The notes below the pieces were generated by a model. That model ran no database searches, had not been told where the DNA came from, and was given only the letters and a program-made list of their open reading frames with translations. This document shows positions 9,892 through 18,919 of a stretch of 46,128 nt of DNA, piece after piece (positions within the stretch are counted from its first letter, which is position 1; every line of letters starts with the position of its first letter). The position numbers and the translations under genes are program-made. The DNA is from Christensenellaceae bacterium (GTDB lineage: Bacteria; Bacillota; Clostridia; Christensenellales; DTU072), in contig JAITLB010000229.1 of the NCBI GenBank assembly GCA_031278175.1, forward strand, positions 1 to 46,128. Reading direction: 5' to 3'.

Positions 9892-11124
9892 TTAGTTCAA
9901 GTTATGTATGTGTCTATAGCTTTCCTCTACTATAAGAGTATATTTTACGCTGTATTTACCCTCGCGGAAATAAAATCTGTGGACAACCCCATCAATTGTC
10001 AAATCTACGGCTTCTGTTGTTTTCTGCACAATTGTTGATAAAGTCTTTAACGGATATTTTATTTCAACTGGGTTGCCACTTAAATCACTGCCGACAAAAC
10101 ATATGTTAGTCCGATCGATATACAATTCGCCACTGCCACTTTCAGTATATGTGTTATTCTCGTTTACTTCCCATACAACAGGATGAGATTCCAGGAAATC
10201 TTCTTTTAATATCGCTTCGCGAATTGTGGCGCGTTGATAGTCATACCATTGATCGATGCGCTCAAATGGTGTCCTCCAAGGCGGAGCCGCTAACAATTCA
10301 CCATATTCATTATATTCGATAGTGTTCTTACATGCATCACATATGAGTTCAGTATTAGTAGAGCACATTTGATATTCAGCACCGCAATTTGGGCATTTAT
10401 ATAATATGTAATGGAGACCTAAAGCTGGAGTTTTAGATTTAAATTTTATTTTGTTTTCTTTTTGATAAATATGATCATTATATTTGAATGCATCTACTAG
10501 ACGTGAATAAATATCGCTTACTGCCATGGATTCTATTTCTTGTTTTGTAAAGATAAGTTTAACCGTTTGGTCAATCTTGCCACGCTTGAATCCCTTAAAC
10601 CATTTCGGTCTTGATGAATATCCACCGTTGTTGTGACACATGACTACTGGCACATTCAAAAACTTGATGAATTTGGCCAAACTCGGCGATATGTAATGAA
10701 GTTGCCTGCCGTCTAGTGATATTTTACCTTCTGGGAACATTGCAATATTGCAACCGATAGCGATTGCTTTTTTCATAAGACGCACACTAGCAATATCCAT
10801 TGAGAATTGGCTCATTGGGATCAGTCCAGCTAACTTTGCAATTGGTTTAATTGGTTTCCATGTAAAGACATCACGTGCACAAACGACATTCAATTTATGT
10901 GGCATTAAAGCTGACATCATGAAAGCTACATCCATTGGTGATGAATGTGTACCTAATGCAAGGAATGGTCCCTGTAGTTTTTTGACAGCAGATTCCTTGT
11001 GTACCTGGACTTTAAAGATAATCCAGCCTAAAAATTTAGCGAACGGCACTAGCAACCAATATAATAATGTATTAGGGTGTCGTGGTGCGTATGTTGATTC
11101 GTCTTTATTTTTCTTCATTGACAT
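9892..11124 (-). CDS. PlsC-family lysophospholipid acyltransferase with C-terminal zinc-ribbon extension
   Basis: HSSPMD (HxxxxD), FPEG; CPNC..CDAC. Confidence 0.8.
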   Translation of the reverse strand: MSMKKNKDESTYAPRHPNTLLYWLLVPFAKFLGWIIFKVQVHKESAVKKLQGPFLALGTHSSPMDVAFMMSALMPHKLNVVCARDVFTWKPIKPIAKLAGLIPMSQFSMDIASVRLMKKAIAIGCNIAMFPEGKISLDGRQLHYISPSLAKFIKFLNVPVVMCHNNGGYSSRPKWFKGFKRGKIDQTVKLIFTKQEIESMAVSDIYSRLVDAFKYNDHIYQKENKIKFKSKTPALGLHYILYKCPNCGAEYQMCSTNTELICDACKNTIEYNEYGELLAAPPWRTPFERIDQWYDYQRATIREAILKEDFLESHPVVWEVNENNTYTESGSGELYIDRTNICFVGSDLSGNPVEIKYPLKTLSTIVQKTTEAVDLTIDGVVHRFYFREGKYSVKYTLIVEESYRHIHNLN

Positions 11125-11125
11125 A

Positions 11126-12256
11126 TTACTTCAAACATTCTGGATTAAGATTTTGTAGTTCAGGGATGACAAAACGACCGTCTTTGCGTATAAGATTATC
11201 ATCAAAATATATTTCACCGCCACCGTATTTTGGTGTTTGTATCAGCACTAGATCCCAGTGAATAGCACTTGCGTTGCCATTATAACAATCATCATAACAT
11301 GCACCAGGTGTGAAATGAATAGATCCTGCAATTTTCTCATCAAAAAGAATATCGCCCATAGGTTCAGTTATATAAGGGTTTACACCTATTGCAAATTCGC
11401 CCACATAACGCGCACCTTCATCGGTATCGAATATGTGTGTAGCGGCTTCAGTCATACCATTGCTAGCGGAAATATTTATAATTTTACCATTCTTGAAAGT
11501 TAGTTCAACACCATCAAACGAAATTCCATCGTAAATAGATGGTGTATTATATTTAATGACACCATTGACGCTATCCTTTACTGGAGCAGAATAGATTTCA
11601 CCGTCGGGTATATTGCATCTGCCAGCACATTTTTTACTGCCGATGCCTTTAATACTAAAAGAAATATCCGTGTCTTTTGCGATGATTTTAACTTTATCAG
11701 TTGTGTCCATGAGTGCTTTCAATGCGTCCATAGCACGATCCATTTTTCCATAATCCAAAGTGCAAACGTTAAAGTAATAATCCTCAAAGGCTTCTGTAGA
11801 CATTTTAGCAAGTTGAGCCATTCCATCGGTCGGCCAACGGAGAACGACCCACTTTGTTTTTTTAACGCGAATTTCATGGTGTATTGGATGCGAATAATGA
11901 GTATCATATATGTGAAACGAGTCAGAGGAAACATCGTTATATTGGAAACTGTTATTTCCACCTCTAATCCCGATATATGCATCCATCTCGGACATTCGTT
12001 GTGTTGCGTACTTAGACATAAGATCCGCAAGATCTACTGACATGCCGCGTAGAACCGCTCTTGTGATACGCGAGTCACTAATCTGAACGAACGGAAGAGC
12101 ACCGATCTTATATATTTCTTTTACTAATTCAGCGACCATAACAGGGTCAACATTATTAGCTTCGATAAGAACCTTTTCACCTTTTTTAAGTTCACACGAA
12201 TGATTGATTAAGACATTTGCTAGCTGAGAAAATCTCAAATCCATATTATACTCCAT
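11126..12256 (-). CDS. Aminopeptidase, M29 family (AmpS/AmpT-like)
   Basis: NIPDGEIYSAP, GEFAIG, LFDEKIAGSIHFTPG, SAIHWD. Confidence 0.92.
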   Translation of the reverse strand: MEYNMDLRFSQLANVLINHSCELKKGEKVLIEANNVDPVMVAELVKEIYKIGALPFVQISDSRITRAVLRGMSVDLADLMSKYATQRMSEMDAYIGIRGGNNSFQYNDVSSDSFHIYDTHYSHPIHHEIRVKKTKWVVLRWPTDGMAQLAKMSTEAFEDYYFNVCTLDYGKMDRAMDALKALMDTTDKVKIIAKDTDISFSIKGIGSKKCAGRCNIPDGEIYSAPVKDSVNGVIKYNTPSIYDGISFDGVELTFKNGKIINISASNGMTEAATHIFDTDEGARYVGEFAIGVNPYITEPMGDILFDEKIAGSIHFTPGACYDDCYNGNASAIHWDLVLIQTPKYGGGEIYFDDNLIRKDGRFVIPELQNLNPECLK

Positions 12257-12271
12257 ATAGAATATTTAAGT

Positions 12272-12769
12272 TTAGTCGAGTTTTTTGGTTCGTGCTACTG
12301 GATAGTTTAAATTGATCTTTTTAAGGTCAATAAGCACGTTATAATATGCTGCCGCATCGAGTTTTGCTAGTTCAAGATTTAAATCATCACAATACCCGCA
12401 CTCTATTTTTGAGTCTCCAGGAATCTTTCCTTCAAATTCTGCAGCGTAATCGAACGCACGCTCTAATAGCGGTTGAATCTGTTCTTGATCAAGATCACCG
12501 TATATAATGAGATAAAAGCCTGTGCGACAACCCATAGGGCCAAAGTATATTATACGGTTACCCCAGAGAGTGTCATTTCTCAAAAATGTAGCAATAATAT
12601 GCTCGATTGCATGTACAGAACCAGTTTCCATCACAGGTTCATGATAGGGCCTCTTCATTCTTAAATCAAAAGTTGTTATAGGTTGCCCATTAAAAGTATA
12701 CTTTTTTGATATGTATAGACCACTTCGCAATCTTAAATGATTAATTTGGAAACTAGGGATTTTTTCCAT
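12272..12769 (-). CDS. luxS: S-ribosylhomocysteine lyase
   Basis: KIPSFQINH, TFDLR, HAIEH, GPMGCRTGFY, ECG. Confidence 0.95.
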   Translation of the reverse strand: MEKIPSFQINHLRLRSGLYISKKYTFNGQPITTFDLRMKRPYHEPVMETGSVHAIEHIIATFLRNDTLWGNRIIYFGPMGCRTGFYLIIYGDLDQEQIQPLLERAFDYAAEFEGKIPGDSKIECGYCDDLNLELAKLDAAAYYNVLIDLKKINLNYPVARTKKLD

Positions 12770-12813
12770 AGATACTCCATTTCTAATTTTTACTTATTCC
12801 AGCAATTGAATAA

Positions 12814-12842
12814 ATTATATAATTTTATCATTAAAATATCAA
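12814..12842 (-). promoter_or_regulatory. Sigma-70-type promoter of the luxS-aminopeptidase-plsC run
   Basis: TTGATA-17bp-TATAAT on the minus strand, about 45 bp upstream of luxS. Confidence 0.6.
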
Positions 12843-13030
12843 GCAAAATGCCGCTCACAACTAATATTAGTGCGTCTTATTAGAACTCAAAATCCAAAAT
12901 CAATTGTAATATAGAACAATAAAGGCGGAGTGTTAATTTAGTAGCCCCTAAATTTTACTATGTTAAAGATTAATCTAAACATCAATTTTTGCATAATGCT
13001 AGCATAAATTATAATGAGGATGTAATAAAT

Positions 13031-13246
13031 ATGGATATAATAGAAGAGCGCAAAGAAAATAGACAGTATGCTAATTTAAGTCAAGAAAGGTTAATGAACG
13101 AATTATTTAGCGTCGCAAATGATGCACGCTCTTGTGGTTTGCTAGAAAATTCAAAGTTGGACGATTTTTACATCAGAGTAAGACCTATTTTGACAGAGGA
13201 ACAAGCAGAGCGCATGAGAGAACTAATTTTGCAATTAAAGAGGTAG
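13031..13246 (+). CDS. Small helical hypothetical protein
   Basis: GAGGA RBS before ATG 13031; amphipathic helical pattern (SQERLMNELFSVA..LTEEQAERMRELI). Confidence 0.6.
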   Translation: MDIIEERKENRQYANLSQERLMNELFSVANDARSCGLLENSKLDDFYIRVRPILTEEQAERMRELILQLKR

Positions 13247-13384
13247 TTATAATGTTTATGCATTTGGCTTTATAAAGCGCTAGCTACGACAAAGTTAACA
13301 GATTTGATTAGGATTATTTCCAAATTTATTCTGCAAAACGTTCAAGAAATTATTAACGCGATAGATGTCGATAAAAGGAGTTAT

Positions 13385-13708
13385 ATGAATAGTGATATCA
13401 AAAACATGTTGCTAGTGTTAATGATCAGTCAAGTTGGCAGAGGCGATGTCAAAGTAGAGACGATAATTAATATGCTCGAGCAAGTACAGAGCGCATCCGC
13501 GAACAGCGATAGCAGTCAGATCTATCAAACAATAAGCAAATTAAAGCAACTTGCAAACATTATGCCACAAAACGAAAACATAGTAGCAAAAGAAAACCCA
13601 GTACAAGCGGGTGTTACACCCAGCAAACAAAAACACGCATTTGATGCCGTGCAAAGGTTGCTACCAGAAGAAGCTAAGAGGATATTGTCACTAATAAAGA
13701 CTAATTAA
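13385..13708 (+). CDS. Hypothetical protein
   Basis: AAAGGAG RBS before ATG 13385, in frame with the listed ORF. Confidence 0.55.
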   Translation: MNSDIKNMLLVLMISQVGRGDVKVETIINMLEQVQSASANSDSSQIYQTISKLKQLANIMPQNENIVAKENPVQAGVTPSKQKHAFDAVQRLLPEEAKRILSLIKTN

Positions 13709-13764
13709 ATTGCTTGCAATAGAGACAATTCAGATTTGAATTTGAGACCAGTTAAATTACACTA

Positions 13765-13789
13765 TCTTGCTTTATAGTGAAAAGCAAGA
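13765..13789. terminator. Stem-loop between convergent genes
   Basis: TCTTGCTTT-7nt-AAAGCAAGA between the 13708 stop and the end of hflX. Confidence 0.45.
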
Positions 13790-13863
13790 CAAGCATAGTA
13801 TAACTAGACGGCTGACACATTTTTATCGAGCGCTGAGGGTCAATATATAATAAGATCTAGATG

Positions 13864-14958
13864 TCAATTGCCAAACAATAGACTTGAAATTTTAGATTTT
13901 AACAGATCTATCCCTTCACCTGTTTTTGCGCTTATAACAACAGTATGTTCCGCGTTAGGTATAGTTGTCACTAATCCTTTATCGCATTTGTTTAGTGCTA
14001 GAATTCGAGGTGTTTCGGCAGGTGTTCCGATGTTGTCTAGTGTGTCACAAACAGAGTCATATTCGAATATAACAGATTCCGATGATCCATCAGAGACCAC
14101 AACTAGTAGATCGGCAAATTTAGCTTCTTCAAGAGTGCTTTTAAAGGCTTCTACTAATTCGTGAGGTAGTCTTGATATAAAACCAACTGTATCCACTAAC
14201 AAAAACTCTTTTCCCAAGTCAAGCCAAAGTTTTCGGCTTATTGGGTCTAGAGTAGCGAACAATTTATCATCGGATAGCACATCCGCTTTAGTTAGGGTGT
14301 TCATCAGTGTGGATTTTCCAGCATTAGTGTATCCTACAATCGCTACTGTTTTAATTTGGTTTTTCTGTCTTTTTTGACGTCTCAAGTCGCGCTCTTTGGA
14401 GAGTTTAGCTATTTTCTCTGTAAGCACATCAATTTCTTCGCGCAATGTTCTACGATCTAATTCTAGCTTTTGTTCGCCACCACCACGTCTGGCCCCGCCA
14501 CCACCAGCACCGCCGCCTCCTTGTCTTGAAAGTGAGATGCCTTTGCCGATAATGCGCGGCAAAAGGTTTTTGTTCCTTGCTAGTTCTATTTGCAATTTTC
14601 CTTCGCCACTAATTGCTCTGTTTGCAAAAATCTCTAAAATGAGAGTTTTTCTATCGATAACATCAACATTTAAAAACTGCTCGAGATTGTTAAATTTAGA
14701 CCCTGAAATGTCGTCATCGAAGATTACAATATCAGCCGATTGCGACTCTACAATAGCAAGCAACTCAGATAATTTTCCTTTGCCAATGTGATATGTTTTA
14801 TCGGGTTTATCGCGTCTTTGGAAGAGTGTTGCTACAGTTTGATATCCAGCCGTTTCGGCTAGCCGTGTTAATTCTGCGAAAACTTTTTCACCATCTCTTG
14901 TTTCTGCTACAGCTACAAGAATTGCCTTTCTAGGCGAATTGTCAATAATTTGTTTCAT
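13864..14958 (-). CDS. hflX: GTPase HflX (short form)
   Basis: IGKGK, LILEIFA, EGKLQIELA, GYTNAGKSTL, LFATLDP, DTVGFI, NKCD, ISAKTGEG. Confidence 0.95.
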   Translation of the reverse strand: MKQIIDNSPRKAILVAVAETRDGEKVFAELTRLAETAGYQTVATLFQRRDKPDKTYHIGKGKLSELLAIVESQSADIVIFDDDISGSKFNNLEQFLNVDVIDRKTLILEIFANRAISGEGKLQIELARNKNLLPRIIGKGISLSRQGGGGAGGGGARRGGGEQKLELDRRTLREEIDVLTEKIAKLSKERDLRRQKRQKNQIKTVAIVGYTNAGKSTLMNTLTKADVLSDDKLFATLDPISRKLWLDLGKEFLLVDTVGFISRLPHELVEAFKSTLEEAKFADLLVVVSDGSSESVIFEYDSVCDTLDNIGTPAETPRILALNKCDKGLVTTIPNAEHTVVISAKTGEGIDLLKSKISSLLFGN

Positions 14959-15323
14959 ATAATATTTGATCCATTTAAAGTGATATAAACATATAACGTA
15001 ATTTGTAAGTTAGACACTAATTGAATTTTTCATGCGGCAAGAGAGCAAGACAACATTTTAGAATTAGAGTGTGCCTCTAATTGATGTTGTGGGATCGCTC
15101 CATGCTATATTAATTAAAGTATAATTAGTTAATCTATGTGATGCAAATATTAAATTCTCATGTTAAAAATCCTTTTATGATTCATTTAGATGCTATATTA
15201 GTACTCTCGACAAATTGAGTTCAACTTGTGCGAGAGTACTAAAATGGGGGGGGGGATATTTTAATTTCTATATATTTTAAGCTCGTTAATGCAGTTTAGT
15301 TAGAAACAGTTGGTAAGCGCTAA

Positions 15324-16535
15324 TTATTCAACCAAAAGCTTCAAGACTTCTTTCATTTGTGCTTTGTTCATAAGTTTGGGAACAGGGTACATAGGATTGC
15401 CTTCTTTGATAGCGCGAGTAGCGATAAGGTCGAAATCCTCAGCTCGAAGTCCTTTGATTTTGGTAGGTATAGACATATACTCATTCAAACTGCGAATAGC
15501 TGCTATAAACTTTTTCGCTTTTATTTCTGTGGAGTCATTCTTTTCACATATACCACCTGTGGCATCGGCTAGCTTAGCAAGAGGTTTATATGCACTCTTA
15601 CCATACCAGTCTAAAATATATGGCAAAATTACAGCATTAGCTAATCCGTGTGGCGTGCCGTAGAGTCCGCCCATAGTATGTGCTATTGCGTGTACATAAC
15701 CGATGAATGCGCGTGTGAATGAGACACCTGCATAATATGCGGCTAGTTGCATGTTTTCTCTAGCTTGTACGTCATCGCCAGTATCATATGTCGTTTTCAA
15801 GTTCTCAAATATAAGTTTTGTCGCCTTGATAGACATATCGCGAGTAAGAGACGTATTACTTCTGCCGATGTATGCTTCTACGGCATGTGTGAGTGCGTCA
15901 ACGCCTGTCGTTGAAGTGATGTGTTTTGGCAGTTTAAGTGTAAGAAGTGGATCGAGGACAGCGTAATGAGGAACCAAACAAAAGTCATTGATAGGATATT
16001 TTTCATGAGTTTTGCTGTTTGAAATTACGGCTGCGACTGTTGCTTCGCTGCCAGTGCCTGACGTTGTAGGAATAGCAAAGAGAGGAGGCAACTTTTTAAG
16101 TATTTTAAAATAGCCTTTCATTTTGCCAACGGCTTTTCTAGGTTTTACAGCGCGAGCACCAATAATTTTAGCACAATCCATGGACGAGCCACCACCAAAA
16201 GCTATAATGCAGTCACACTTGGACTCAGTATACACTTTAAGACCAGCTTCGATGTTATCAATTGTTGGATTAGGAACAGTCTCATCATAGACAGCGTATT
16301 CGAGACCTGTAGCGGTTAGGTTTTCTAATAATGGATTAGGTAAACCTAAATTCATTAAACCCTTATCGGTTACAAGCAATGGCTTTTTCAAGTTTAGAGA
16401 TTTAATAAACTTGGGCAATTCTGCGAGTTTGCCAGGACCACTAATAATTTCAGGTTTTCTAATAGGCAAGATTTTAAGTCCTATTGCAAAAACAAATTGA
16501 ATAGATCTACACCATATTTTTGAACATAAATTCAT
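15324..16535 (-). CDS. Iron-containing alcohol dehydrogenase
   Basis: GGGSSMD, IPTTSGTGSE, DALTHAVEAY, HAIAH..PHG. Confidence 0.92.
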   Translation of the reverse strand: MNLCSKIWCRSIQFVFAIGLKILPIRKPEIISGPGKLAELPKFIKSLNLKKPLLVTDKGLMNLGLPNPLLENLTATGLEYAVYDETVPNPTIDNIEAGLKVYTESKCDCIIAFGGGSSMDCAKIIGARAVKPRKAVGKMKGYFKILKKLPPLFAIPTTSGTGSEATVAAVISNSKTHEKYPINDFCLVPHYAVLDPLLTLKLPKHITSTTGVDALTHAVEAYIGRSNTSLTRDMSIKATKLIFENLKTTYDTGDDVQARENMQLAAYYAGVSFTRAFIGYVHAIAHTMGGLYGTPHGLANAVILPYILDWYGKSAYKPLAKLADATGGICEKNDSTEIKAKKFIAAIRSLNEYMSIPTKIKGLRAEDFDLIATRAIKEGNPMYPVPKLMNKAQMKEVLKLLVE

Positions 16536-16820
16536 TTAAACATTCTCCTTCTCTAAGTTATTTAAACTATAGTAAAACACGTGAACTTGTTCTAAACATC
16601 GATAGCATACCTTAACGATCAGATAAATTATGCCTGATTTGCTAACGCTATTAGAAAAGCATCATACAAATTTGATATAAAATAAATACAACTGTTATTC
16701 GCAATCATGTTATAATAAAAATGACGTGTTTATCTCATAGAAATGCATTCACTAAACTAGCAACTGTACAAATACAGCGCAACCACATCCATAAAAATGG
16801 AAGATAGCAAATACATAATA

Positions 16821-16849
16821 ATTATATAATAATTTTGCCTATATTGCAA
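16821..16849 (-). promoter_or_regulatory. Candidate sigma-70 promoter of the Fe-ADH gene
   Basis: TTGCAA-17bp-TATAAT, about 285 bp upstream of the start. Confidence 0.45.
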
Positions 16850-17175
16850 GCATGAGCAAACAATTGACTAACTTTGATTTTCATGCAAGGCATATAAGGT
16901 ATAATAAAAAGATCTGAGAGCGTGTATTGGTTCGAATTAGAAAATCCCAGTGACGCTTTTAGTTGCGCTCATAGTTTGACAGAACTATACAACATTCTAA
17001 GCTGGATGCATGATTGTAGGGAATTCAACCGCTAAAAGTCGTTTAGAATAGGTCTTTATATACATCAATAATGCTAGGGAAATTAATTCCAACACTAGGA
17101 TCAAAGCCACAAAAGCTCAATCATGCAACATCTTCGGTGTAAAAGCGGGTTTCTTATCCTAAAAACAGAATAAAA

Positions 17176-17228
17176 AGTTGACATAGCCATAAAATATAGT
17201 TGACATAGCAATTTTTAAAATGTAAAAT
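17176..17228 (+). promoter_or_regulatory. Promoter of bioY-bioB overlapped by a candidate BirA operator
   Basis: TTGACA(17200-05)-17bp-TAAAAT(17223-28). AGTTGAC-N16-GTTGACA (17176-17205) resembles the BirA site TGTtAAC-N16-GTTaACA. Confidence 0.6.
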
Positions 17229-17258
17229 ATATTAAAACACGTTAAGGATAAAATAATA

Positions 17259-18833
17259 ATGGAGACAAGCATCTCGCAAAATAGAAAAAAATTCTCACCA
17301 AAGAGACCTAATAGGCAAAAGACGACAGAGTTAGCATTATATGGATTGTTTACAGCTTTGATAATAGCTGGGACATTTATTAAAATTCCAATTCCGCTAG
17401 TTCCGATCACTATGCAATTTGTATTTGTCAATATGTCATCTTTGCTACTAGGAAGGAAAGGCGCATTCCCCGTTGCATTATACGTATTTTTAGGATTATG
17501 TGGTGTTCCAGTATTCACATCGGGTGGTGGATTTGGCTATGTGTTGCTACCCTCATTCGGTTATTTGATAGGCTTTATAATAGGAGCATTTGCCGCTGGA
17601 TGCGTTATAGACAAAGCTAAAATCAATATCAAAACGATGCTACTAGCAAGTCTCATAAACATTCTAATAATTTATATAGCGGGACTTAGTTATGTCTATT
17701 TTATAACTAATTATTATACGCCAGGAGCTAGCATAACTGTTAAGAATCTGATACTCACTATCATGCTCCGCACAATTCCAGGTGACATGCTATGGATAAT
17801 TGTGAGTAGCGTCGTTTGTGTCAAACTAAGCAAGATATTGCGAAATAAAATACTGAAAAAAGATAAGCCAAGCATAATAAACACAATGAAGGAAAAAATT
17901 CTAGCAGGAGATCGCATATCAAAGCAAGACGCGATGAGACTTGTGGATGTACCTCTTGAAGAATTGTGCAGAGCAGCAGATGAAATAAGAGAAAAGGTCT
18001 GCGGAAACACCTTTGATATGTGCTCTATAATAAATGGAAAAAGCGGAGGCTGTACAGAAAACTGTAAGTTCTGTGCGCAATCTAAACATCATAAAACGCA
18101 TATTGAAGAATTAAATCCACCCGACTGTGATGTGGTCGTCTCCGAAGCAGTGCATAACTATAATAAAGGGGTATTGAGATTTTCTATAGTTACAGCTGGA
18201 AGAGCTTTATCCGATAGTGAAGTAGATGATATGTGCGAGAAGTATCAACAAATAGGGCAAGCTTGTGACATATTTAGATGCGCATCACACGGGTTATTGA
18301 CGTATGAACAATTGAAAAAGTTGAAAGATGCTGGGGTAAGGCGATATCACAACAACCTCGAAGTGTCGAGACGATATTTCCCTAACATGTGCACGACCCA
18401 CACATATGACGATAAAATCAATACGATAAAAGCGGCCCTTGCTGCAGGGCTTGAAGTTTGTAGTGGTGGAATAATGGGAATAGGTGAAACTATGGAGGAC
18501 AGGATAGACATGGCACTAGATTTGCGTGAAATCGGTGTTCGGTCAATTCCTGTTAATATAATTAACCCAATACCTGGAACTCCATACATGAACACTGTCC
18601 CATTGTCGGAATCCGAAGTTAGACGCATTGTTGCAATCTTCAGGTTTGTAATACCAGACGCAATGATACGGATGGCAGGAGGGCGAGGTTTGCTTAATGA
18701 CAAGGGGGCGAGCGTATTCAAATCAGGTGCTAATGCCGCCGCAACAGGCGACATGTTAACGACAGCAGGCATAAGTATCGAAAACGATATGGAGATAGTC
18801 AAGAATTTAGGTTTTGAGGTGCGTTTAAAATAG
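17259..18833 (+). CDS. bioY-bioB: In-frame fusion of biotin ECF S-component BioY and biotin synthase BioB
   Basis: N-terminal ~195 aa: VPITMQ, YVFLGLCGVPVFTSGGG, PSFGYLIGF, IPGD. C-terminal part: CTENCKFCAQS (CxxxCxxC), CASHG, RYHNNLE, VCSGGIMG, IRMAGGR, GDMLTT. No stop or RBS at the junction. Confidence 0.92.
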   Translation: METSISQNRKKFSPKRPNRQKTTELALYGLFTALIIAGTFIKIPIPLVPITMQFVFVNMSSLLLGRKGAFPVALYVFLGLCGVPVFTSGGGFGYVLLPSFGYLIGFIIGAFAAGCVIDKAKINIKTMLLASLINILIIYIAGLSYVYFITNYYTPGASITVKNLILTIMLRTIPGDMLWIIVSSVVCVKLSKILRNKILKKDKPSIINTMKEKILAGDRISKQDAMRLVDVPLEELCRAADEIREKVCGNTFDMCSIINGKSGGCTENCKFCAQSKHHKTHIEELNPPDCDVVVSEAVHNYNKGVLRFSIVTAGRALSDSEVDDMCEKYQQIGQACDIFRCASHGLLTYEQLKKLKDAGVRRYHNNLEVSRRYFPNMCTTHTYDDKINTIKAALAAGLEVCSGGIMGIGETMEDRIDMALDLREIGVRSIPVNIINPIPGTPYMNTVPLSESEVRRIVAIFRFVIPDAMIRMAGGRGLLNDKGASVFKSGANAAATGDMLTTAGISIENDMEIVKNLGFEVRLK

Positions 18834-18919
18834 TAGTCTTATAATGATTGGGTGCAATGGTTTTAGAAATTGTTGTCACAAACAATTTGAATGTTAATTA
18901 GAAGTTAGAATTTAAAAGC

